In this document: piece after piece, positions 1-6,215 of the stretch
Position numbering within the stretch: the first letter of the stretch is position 1
How the letters are laid out: each line of letters starts with the position of its first letter
DNA from: an uncultured virus (IMG/VR IMGVR_UViG_3300017724_000001)
Lineage: Duplodnaviria > Heunggongvirae > Uroviricota > Caudoviricetes > Crassvirales
Length of the DNA: 20,000 nt
Reading direction: 5' to 3' (one strand)
Virus record (IMG/VR): IMGVR_UViG_3300017724_000001
Translations under genes and position numbers: made by a program
Notes under the pieces: model-generated
The model's input: the letters and a program-made list of their open reading frames with translations, nothing else
Told to the model about the DNA's origin: nothing
The model's database searches: none

Positions 1-228
1 CTTACCTAACTCATCTATCCATGATTGAGCTACTGAATGTTTTGGAACTACTACCAGTACTTGTATGAACTGATCATAGTATCTTTGAAGGTGCTGTATT
101 GCTATTCTAGTTTTACCTACACCCATAGATATGGCTAAGCCACACCTTTTATGTTGCACAGCTATTGCTAATGCATCTTCTTGAACTACGTTTCTAGTTG
201 GAACAGCCGTTCCAGAATTATTTGCCAT
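1..228 (-). CDS. SF2 (SNF2/DEAD-like) helicase, N-terminal part; runs off the window edge
   Basis: Manual translation from ATG at 228: MANNSGTAVPTRNVVQEDALAIAVQHKRCGLAISMGVGKTRIAIQHLQRYYDQFIQVLVVVPKHSVAQSWIDELGK. It contains a Q-motif-like start, Walker A (MGVGKT) and motif Ia (LVVVP..V..SW..E). Confidence 0.85.
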   Translation of the reverse strand, partial: MANNSGTAVPTRNVVQEDALAIAVQHKRCGLAISMGVGKTRIAIQHLQRYYDQFIQVLVVVPKHSVAQSWIDELGK

Positions 229-302
229 AATATTATTGTTATTGATAGTACCATTGTCCAAGCTAATATTCTAATTAGCCTGTCTTTTTGATATTGTTTC
301 AT
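186..302 (-). CDS. Small single-pass membrane protein (38 aa)
   Basis: Manual translation MKQYQKDRLIRILAWTMVLSITIILWQIILERLFQLET*. It has one hydrophobic stretch and overlaps the helicase start. It is below the ORF-track length cutoff. Confidence 0.5.
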   Translation of the reverse strand: MKQYQKDRLIRILAWTMVLSITIILWQIILERLFQLET

Positions 303-308
303 CTCTCT

Positions 309-372
309 TTGGTGTTAAAGGTTTGCGCCTATTTTTATATGCTTGCGCCTATTTTTCGTTGGTGTTAAAGGT
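309..372. repeat. Nested direct repeats in an A-B-B-A arrangement at the 3' end of the tRNA cluster
   Basis: TTGGTGTTAAAGGT occurs at 309-322 and 359-372. TTGCGCCTATTTTT occurs at 323-336 and 343-356. Confidence 0.85.
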
Positions 373-445
373 GGACCCTACAGGACTTGAACCTGTGACC
401 TATCCGTTATGAGCGGAGTGCTCTGACCAACTGAGCTAAGAGTCC
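372..445 (-). tRNA. tRNA with CAT anticodon, most likely tRNA-Ile2 (lysidine type, reads ATA)
   Basis: Reverse complement GGACTCTTAGCTCAGTTGGTCAGAGCACTCCGCTCATAACGGATAGGTCACAGGTTCAAGTCCTGTAGGGTCCA folds as a cloverleaf. It has a G1-C72 pair, lacks the initiator GGG/CCC anticodon stem and closely resembles bacterial tRNA-Ile(CAU). It is followed by CCT, so CCA is not fully encoded. Confidence 0.9.
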
Positions 446-534
446 TGGTAGCCGGAGTGGGATTTGAACCCACACGGGCATTACTGCCCAAAGGATTTTA
501 AGTCCTTCATGTCTACCAATTTCATCATCCGGCC
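446..534 (-). tRNA. tRNA-Leu(TAA)
   Basis: GGCCGGATGATGAAATTGGTAGACATGAAGGACTTAAAATCCTTTGGGCAGTAATGCCCGTGTGGGTTCAAATCCCACTCCGGCTACCA. Anticodon TAA, long variable arm (GGGCA/TGCCC) and encoded CCA. Confidence 0.93.
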
Positions 535-539
535 ATTTG

Positions 540-613
540 TGATCCCACTAGGATTTGAAGCTAGAACCTACAGCTTAGAAGGCTGTTGCTCTATCCAGTT
601 GAGCTATAGGACC
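540..613 (-). tRNA. tRNA-Arg(TCT)
   Basis: GGTCCTATAGCTCAACTGGATAGAGCAACAGCCTTCTAAGCTGTAGGTTCTAGCTTCAAATCCTAGTGGGATCA. Anticodon arm ACAGC-CT-TCT-AA-GCTGT. The T-stem has C at the normally invariant G53. Confidence 0.88.
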
Positions 614-619
614 ATAAAG

Positions 620-889
620 TTATGATCTTGAGCCTGAGAATCCTAATTCATAAGATTCTTCTGGGTGTTCTTCTATCCACATGTGACAGTTTCTGCAAAC
701 TGGTAACCATGTAGATACTTCCAAGTGATATACACCACGACCGTGTTTATGATGAACATCAGTAGCCTGTACAGTACATTTATCTATTTTTGCATGACAG
801 ACTGGATTGTCCGTTAAATACTGCCTACGCTTTTTAGAGTAAGCAGCATTTATTTTGGACATTTTGTTTGAGACTTTTTTAATTGCCAT
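620..889 (-). CDS. HNH-type Zn-binding endonuclease (NinG/Rap-like small nuclease)
   Basis: C-x6-C, ATDVHH, and the LPVCRNCH motif typical of phage HNH proteins. Confidence 0.75.
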   Translation of the reverse strand: MAIKKVSNKMSKINAAYSKKRRQYLTDNPVCHAKIDKCTVQATDVHHKHGRGVYHLEVSTWLPVCRNCHMWIEEHPEESYELGFSGSRS

Positions 890-1406
890 TTGGTTTTAAA
901 GTAAAAAAGTTATTTGGTAACAAACCCACTGACATAAATTTAAGCACTATATCTTCATAGTTGATACCTAAATCTTTAAATGTAAGAGTGTTTTTGTAAT
1001 CATCTAACGTTTCCTCAGCTGGCACATCTGCAATTGCAAGAGCCATAGGACTGTGTGGAAATGTTTTCCTAAGATAAGCATTAATTCTCTTATTACAAAG
1101 TGTTTGTTTCCAGGCATTGATTTCTCTTTGCCCACGTTTCCAAACTTTTGTAATGCGTCTTTTCTTATCCCAGTGCAGTTTAGTAACTTCTTCAGGTTTA
1201 TAAACATTAAGGCCATGCAACACACGTTTAAACAAAAAATGTTGATATGGATTAAGTTTATTATACTCAAAAGAGTTAATAATTGAAGGAGGATGTAATT
1301 GATATTCATCCAGAAGGCCTAAGTATTGATAACGCTCAATACGTCTACTTAAGATTAGTTCTTTTTCATTGAGTTTTAGTTTTGAAATTTGTTCATTAGA
1401 TAGCAT
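879..1406 (-). CDS. Hypothetical phage protein (175 aa)
   Basis: Long ORF with an A-rich upstream region. It overlaps the start of the HNH gene, consistent with an operon. Confidence 0.75.
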   Translation of the reverse strand: MLSNEQISKLKLNEKELILSRRIERYQYLGLLDEYQLHPPSIINSFEYNKLNPYQHFLFKRVLHGLNVYKPEEVTKLHWDKKRRITKVWKRGQREINAWKQTLCNKRINAYLRKTFPHSPMALAIADVPAEETLDDYKNTLTFKDLGINYEDIVLKFMSVGLLPNNFFTLKPNGN

Positions 1407-1465
1407 ACTTGTTTGATTTATTTAGTTATGAATTTATTAGTTGTATTTAGTAAGAGGTGTTAAAT

Positions 1466-1491
1466 AGGCTGAGGTTTTTACACCCCAGCCT
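1466..1491 (-). terminator. Probable intrinsic terminator or stem-loop after the 1504-2118 gene
   Basis: Minus strand AGGCTGGGGT-GTAAAA-ACCTCAGCCT forms a 10-bp stem with one G-U pair, followed by ATTT. It can be extended by GTTAAA/TTTAAC. Confidence 0.6.
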
Positions 1492-1503
1492 TTAACAATT
1501 TAA

Positions 1504-2118
1504 TTACAGTTCAAAAGTTTCTGTTTCTTCTTCAAGAACTTCTTCTTCTTCTGTTTCTACTTCAGCAACAACTTCTTCTTCAGTTACTTCCATCTCATTG
1601 ACATCTTCTGTCTCATCAGTGGTTGTATCATCAGATTTCAAACCAAATGCTTCTGCAGTTGTTGCTTTTTTGATCTTAGACTTGTCTAATTCAAAAGAGC
1701 TTTCATTAGCTGCACGAATAGCATCACCATTAGTATGCTCAATCAGAATATCTTGTGCTTCTACATCATAAGTATATTCTGTTTTCCTATAAATAGGTTG
1801 TCCGTCTTGACAGCATATAATACCAGTGTCACCTGCATATTTCAGGTCTCTGTCTGGATTTGTGTTGTTAAAAGGTTCTAAAGACTCTATTGCTATGATT
1901 TTACCAGGTAATGTTTTACCTAAATTTTTAGCATAAGAGGTTAAATTCTCTGTTGTACCCATAATAAGAGTGGTAAGATTTCTTTCTCTTAACCAACCAC
2001 CTTTACCAATTGATACACTTTTGTATCCTAATCTAATGAAAGAATACTCTGGATTGTTTTTACTTAAGCGTACAACATTACCCATGTCATCCGCTAGGAC
2101 TTCTACTTGATTTTGCAT
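1504..2118 (-). CDS. Hypothetical protein, SSB-like (beta-rich core, long acidic tail ending ETFEL)
   Basis: The strongly acidic C-terminal tail with a terminal hydrophobic tip is typical of ssDNA-binding proteins. It is a paralog of 5237-5698. The function is inferred. Confidence 0.6.
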   Translation of the reverse strand: MQNQVEVLADDMGNVVRLSKNNPEYSFIRLGYKSVSIGKGGWLRERNLTTLIMGTTENLTSYAKNLGKTLPGKIIAIESLEPFNNTNPDRDLKYAGDTGIICCQDGQPIYRKTEYTYDVEAQDILIEHTNGDAIRAANESSFELDKSKIKKATTAEAFGLKSDDTTTDETEDVNEMEVTEEEVVAEVETEEEEVLEEETETFEL

Positions 2119-2162
2119 TTTTAATAAAATTAAATGATTAATAAAATAATTGTGTGTGATGA

Positions 2163-2435
2163 TTAACTATCATCAGAGTGAAAATACGGGTCTTCCAGTT
2201 TTTCATAAGCTTCAATCTCATCTAGTGCAGGCTCATATTCTTCAATATTTTCTATTGCTTCATCTGAGACAGCTTTACCAGTTGCTTTTGCAAACTTATT
2301 ATACCATGGATCAACCACTTCCTTTGTGTATGCGGAGCTAAGGCCATTTAGATCATTGTACTCTTCATCAGAGAGAGAAAGGTACTGTTCTAAGGAACAT
2401 TCTATGATTCTGCCATTAGGAAGTTGTATTATCAT
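2163..2435 (-). CDS. Hypothetical acidic protein (90 aa)
   Basis: Co-oriented ORF lying just downstream of a TAnnTTTG promoter motif. Confidence 0.7.
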   Translation of the reverse strand: MIIQLPNGRIIECSLEQYLSLSDEEYNDLNGLSSAYTKEVVDPWYNKFAKATGKAVSDEAIENIEEYEPALDEIEAYEKLEDPYFHSDDS

Positions 2436-2454
2436 TATCTTATCTAAAGTTTAT

Positions 2455-2462
2455 CAAAGATA
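2455..2462 (-). promoter_or_regulatory. Bacteroidota sigma-ABfr type -7 element (TATCTTTG)
   Basis: Matches the TAnnTTTG consensus. It is intergenic, about 20 nt upstream of the ATG at 2435. Confidence 0.55.
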
Positions 2463-2531
2463 ATAATATAACTTAATCTGTGTCAGAAATATAAAGTGAA
2501 TTTGGACTTAACTCAAAAATAAAAAGCATAA

Positions 2532-2544
2532 ATATAGCTAACGC
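2532..2544 (-). promoter_or_regulatory. Conserved box GCGTTAGCTATAT, copy 1
   Basis: An identical 13-mer occurs at 17161-17173 (+). A 16-nt match (CGTTAGCTATATTTAT) occurs at 4950-4965 (+). Confidence 0.55.
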
Positions 2545-2545
2545 A

Positions 2546-2797
2546 TCATAATATGGTTAACTTATTACCTATTCTTTTTATATATTTATATGATTTTAGC
2601 TCTTTTATCCATCTTTTAACTGATGATTGACTTGAGCCACAGTCATCTGCAAGCTTACTAATTGATGGCCAACAAATTCTGTTTTTATTGGCATAACAGC
2701 ATAATATACTGTACAAGCCTTTAGCTTGAACTGACAAGTTAGGATCTGTACATACTTTATGTTTAACTATACCATATCTATTTGATTCCTTCAACAT
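2546..2797 (-). CDS. Winged helix-turn-helix DNA-binding protein (HTH_36-like)
   Basis: LSVQAKGLYSILCCYAN..ICWPSISKLADDCGSSQSSVKRWIKELKSYKYI is the pattern of phage replication-initiator-type HTH domains. Confidence 0.8.
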   Translation of the reverse strand: MLKESNRYGIVKHKVCTDPNLSVQAKGLYSILCCYANKNRICWPSISKLADDCGSSQSSVKRWIKELKSYKYIKRIGNKLTIL

Positions 2798-2990
2798 GGT
2801 TCTTAATTATAATGAGCATGGCCATATTGGTATCATGTTCATCAGTAAGATCCTTGTCTTTAAAGGCATACTTTTCTTGCATGTACATGCCAAAAGGTAC
2901 ATTAAGACCTCCAACCCTTTTAAGTGATTTGTCTAACTCTAACCATGATTTATGTTCAGAGTTCAATAGTTCCATTGATATCTTTGCCAT
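2778..2990 (-). CDS. Hypothetical protein (70 aa)
   Basis: Overlaps both neighbouring genes on the same strand. Confidence 0.6.
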   Translation of the reverse strand: MAKISMELLNSEHKSWLELDKSLKRVGGLNVPFGMYMQEKYAFKDKDLTDEHDTNMAMLIIIKNHVEGIK

Positions 2991-3540
2991 CTTCTTGAAA
3001 ATTTAGTTCTGTTTGTTTTACTTTTTTAAAATAAGTTATGAATCTCTTTTGTATGTTAAGAGCATGCAGAGGACTAACGGTAGTTTCTACAAACTTAAGG
3101 TTTTTATCATCATCATGATACATTAAATTCACTTTTATAGTAGAATAAAACGGGTCATAAGGATCAGAACCCCAAGAAGAGTCACCAACTACTTGACCAT
3201 ATACATAATAGTCACTATACTCATCACCTTTACCTAGTAATCCCATGTCTTCAAGAACATCTAATTCAAATTCACTGCCTTGATGATAGTTTGGTGGTAC
3301 TAGTCTAACATAACTACCAATCTCTGTTGGTACAAAAGTTCTTTCTGTTAGCATAAGATGTATTATAGCTTCTAGAGCTGAATCTTTAACTTCTTTAGAT
3401 ATTATATCTGTTATAAATTTTAAATTGTTTGGTTTATTGATAGATTTTTGATCAAATAAACCTGAAAGGATGCCTTTTAATACTTCATCCTGTACGTGAT
3501 ATTGTTTTGCCATTGATTTTATATTGTAATCAAAGACCAT
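2956..3540 (-). CDS. Hypothetical protein; the true start may be ATG 3513 (MAKQYH...)
   Basis: 194-aa ORF. The second ATG is preceded by the A-rich AATATAAAATCA. Confidence 0.75.
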   Translation of the reverse strand: MVFDYNIKSMAKQYHVQDEVLKGILSGLFDQKSINKPNNLKFITDIISKEVKDSALEAIIHLMLTERTFVPTEIGSYVRLVPPNYHQGSEFELDVLEDMGLLGKGDEYSDYYVYGQVVGDSSWGSDPYDPFYSTIKVNLMYHDDDKNLKFVETTVSPLHALNIQKRFITYFKKVKQTELNFQEDGKDINGTIEL

Positions 3541-3664
3541 ACTGCAAACAAGTATGAAATGTAACAGTAATAGTCTTTGATCTGATTAAGAACACAGCCT
3601 CAATACCTAGTATTAATATAATATATAATTACTGGTATTGTTAGTGGTCCATATACGAGACTTT

Positions 3665-3976
3665 TTATTTTCTTCTTTGGAAGATTATAGTTAAGAAAGG
3701 CAACTTCAATTCCCAATGACGAGTTACTTTCTCTATGTCAAGACCAATTCCAGGTCTTGCGTTTACTCTCATCCTAGGCAAAAGGTATGTTCTATCCATA
3801 TGAATAGCATAGAAGATTGCATTGATGAAAGTTAATGCGGTTACAATACCAAAGGCAACTATAAGAATAGGTGACCAAGGTGTGTAATAAACTAGATTAA
3901 CTAGTACTACTGTCATAGCAAAAGGTAGAACAGCTACGAAGATTAACTTGATAAGATACTTGAATAAATATTTCAT
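3665..3976 (-). CDS. Membrane protein with two predicted TM helices
   Basis: Two hydrophobic segments (LIFVAVLPFAMTVVLVNLVYY and ILIVAFGIVTALTFINAIFYAI). Confidence 0.7.
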   Translation of the reverse strand: MKYLFKYLIKLIFVAVLPFAMTVVLVNLVYYTPWSPILIVAFGIVTALTFINAIFYAIHMDRTYLLPRMRVNARPGIGLDIEKVTRHWELKLPFLTIIFQRRK

Positions 3977-4001
3977 GATATATAATTTAATTGATTAATG
4001 A

Positions 4002-4172
4002 TTAACGACCCCATTTGGATCTCTTGTGTCTCTTTTTAGGTTTCCAATAGTTCTTCTTTGCAAAATGCTTTTTACTTTTCTTGACAGAGCATTTACGAGA
4101 AGAACCACATGATTGTAACATTGGTCCACCTATGAATAGTAATAGAATAAAATATAAGAATTGTTTTTTCAT
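4002..4172 (-). CDS. Small, very basic lipoprotein (56 aa)
   Basis: Manual translation MKKQFLYFILLLFIGGPMLQSCGSSRKCSVKKSKKHFAKKNYWKPKKRHKRSKWGR*. It has an MKK n-region, a hydrophobic core and the lipobox-like LQSC. Confidence 0.7.
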   Translation of the reverse strand: MKKQFLYFILLLFIGGPMLQSCGSSRKCSVKKSKKHFAKKNYWKPKKRHKRSKWGR

Positions 4173-4199
4173 AACGTTTTAGTATTAGATTTTAAAAAA

Positions 4200-5230
4200 G
4201 CCAGTCTGTTTTATCCAACTACAACTGGCATGGCTGTCCTATGAATACTCATAGTTAGGAATAAGTCATTTGATTATTAGGTGAGACCAACACCTACCAA
4301 CATACTCATTGGTTGATTAGACACTATAGGTAATTAACCTACTTCACTTCATGTGTGTCACACTAGTCTAGAATTACCTAGACACGTATCTTTATATTGT
4401 TCTTGAGTTAAAAATAAAGAGCCTGATTACCTCTTAACGACCGTTTACCCGGTTGACGGTGACTGTTACATATTCAACAGACAAGTCAAATACACGGTTT
4501 CAGGTTGTCAAACCTTACAGGTACATTGACCCTAACGTATACGAGGTTAAGCTGACAAACTACTCCTCTTGGTGTACAAAGTGACACCCAACACTCCCGT
4601 TGCCACGGGTTTAAAAGATATAACTAATAGAGATATTCACTCCGCTATTTACCTCCATCCATGCGGTAGGATTATTAGTTATTATGATAAAGCTAATAAC
4701 CATAACCTGTAGTCTTATTGGTATTGTTGATCCACATTCCTCTAGTTATGGTATTAGCATATTGAGTTTAGATTACTGTAAGTTCTCTCTTACGCCAGCA
4801 ACTCACTGGATTAGACCAACCATGTTTATACAGGAATTTATCTATGTGCCTGTTTTAATATTGCGGGTAATATGACTCTTATCCTATAGAGGAAGAGACA
4901 AAGACTACCCTTGTTATATTGTTGAGTGTAATAGTTACGCTTGTAGCTACGTTAGCTATATTTATATTATTAGTAACACTCATAGTTACAAGAGTGGTAA
5001 AAGGTGGTATTTTGTGGGTATAAGACCTCACATTCAGAGTGACACACACAAAAAAAATAAAATTACCACACTTTTATAACTTAATTCAATTGTTTTTGAC
5101 TCTATGTAACAATAGTTAGTAGTTATTGCTTGAGAGTAGTAACATTCTGTACTAATTCTATTTTTATAAGTGCTAAACATAGTTTGGGAGCAGACGTGCT
5201 GAAAAGCACGCCCACCCACAAGCTACTATG
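4200..5230 (+). ncRNA. Candidate large structured non-coding element (RNA or ssDNA)
   Basis: About 1 kb with no credible ORF and more than 12 adjacent stems. Most wobble pairs read as G-T on the + strand. Confidence 0.45.
5179..5210 (+). promoter_or_regulatory. Box plus hairpin element, copy 1: ATAGTTTGGGAGCAGA-CGTGCT-GAAA-AGCACG
   Basis: The 16-nt box is identical to 5781-5796 and is followed directly by a perfect 6-bp stem with a GAAA loop. Confidence 0.6.
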
Positions 5231-5236
5231 TTACAA

Positions 5237-5698
5237 TTACGCATCTACAGTTTCCTGCTTAAACGCATTCAAGCTCTCTACAGCTACAGTAGAGTTGTTA
5301 GCCTCTCTTATCTCAGCACCATTGGTGTGCTGAATAAAAGTAGACTGAGCATTAAGGTCTGAGGTAAACTCTGTAGTTCTGTAAATAGGTTTATCCCCTT
5401 TCATACATACTATCTTTGAGTCTCCGGCATACTTTAATTTGTATGTCAAATCCTTATCATTGAATGGCTCAAGTTGCTCACGCACAATAATCTTACCTGT
5501 CAATGGTTTTGAGTGGTCCATAGACTCAAGCAAAGCTATTGGGCCTAATACTAATGCTGACAAAGATTTATCTGCATACCAACCATTTCTAAGTTCAACG
5601 GCCTTTTGTTCATAGATTACAAAGCCTATATCTTTGTTCTTTGTTTTACTGATGAATGTTCCGTCTTCATTCTTGCGTACTGTTACTAAATTGTTCAT
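5237..5698 (-). CDS. Hypothetical protein, paralog of 1504-2118 without the acidic tail
   Basis: Shares GKII..E.LEPFN, LKYAGD, I.C...(G/D).PIYR.TE and I.HTNG..IR.AN with 1504-2118. Confidence 0.8.
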   Translation of the reverse strand: MNNLVTVRKNEDGTFISKTKNKDIGFVIYEQKAVELRNGWYADKSLSALVLGPIALLESMDHSKPLTGKIIVREQLEPFNDKDLTYKLKYAGDSKIVCMKGDKPIYRTTEFTSDLNAQSTFIQHTNGAEIREANNSTVAVESLNAFKQETVDA

Positions 5699-5780
5699 AA
5701 TGAAATTATTTAATTATTAAATTGATTACAATAGTGATAAGGCTATTGCTGAAAAGGTTAAACGGCTTATCCCGCTATAT

Positions 5781-5812
5781 ATAGTTTGGGAGCAGAGGCA
5801 TTGAAAAATGCC
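5781..5812 (+). promoter_or_regulatory. Box plus hairpin element, copy 2: ATAGTTTGGGAGCAGA-GGCATT-GAAA-AATGCC
   Basis: Same box, same spacing and same loop as copy 1. The stem sequence differs but is fully paired. Confidence 0.6.
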
Positions 5813-6040
5813 GTATATGCACACAGTGAGTCCATCATATATATACTACTGATGAATACAAACAAATCAATGATGTATTGATATTCAGTAGATACCTGAC
5901 GTAGACACAGTAGCACTACACTACTCCGCTTTGCTACCACACAATAGTCATACATTCTTTTTTTTTGTACAACTTTATGCAGTTAGCAAGTGCAGTTAGA
6001 GTTCCTATGCAAACATAGGGGGTACCCGCACTGCAAAATT

Positions 6041-6055
6041 TAGTTGGGGAGCAGA
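6041..6055 (+). promoter_or_regulatory. Box element, copy 3 (TAGTTGGGGAGCAGA, one mismatch, no adjacent 6-bp hairpin)
   Basis: 14 of 15 positions match copies 1 and 2. Confidence 0.45.
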
Positions 6056-6215
6056 TCCTATATACCTCTTGAAAGTGCCAAACACACAATTTTTTGGTGG
6101 GGCGTAGGGACAATTTTACAGTAGACGGGGGGATGTTGTGGCTCAAAAATTTTTATAGGACGGGGAATTTTAGTATATTGTTTTTATAGAAGAGTTACTC
6201 ACTAAACAAAATACT

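Noticed and set aside
4194..4229. Firm call of a minus-strand intrinsic terminator (GCCAGT stem plus T6)
   Set aside because: It is plausible, but it sits only about 20 nt upstream of the lipoprotein start and within the larger structured tract, so its strand and role cannot be settled from sequence alone.
4684..5333. ORF-track entries 4684-4875, 5034-5219 and 5130-5333
   Set aside because: They are short, have atypical composition, lack an A-rich leader and overlap hairpins or a real gene, so they are probably spurious.
5849..5891. Hammerhead ribozyme suggested by CTGATGA
   Set aside because: No GAAA follows a stem II. CTACTGA instead pairs with TCAGTAG.
5179..6055. CRISPR array formed by the repeated box
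   Set aside because: There are only three short copies, spaced about 600 and 260 nt apart with a gene in between. There are no regular spacers and no cas operon.
5767..6146. ORF-track entries 5767-5955 and 5934-6146
   Set aside because: They are Cys-rich, random-looking translations across structured or G-run non-coding DNA.
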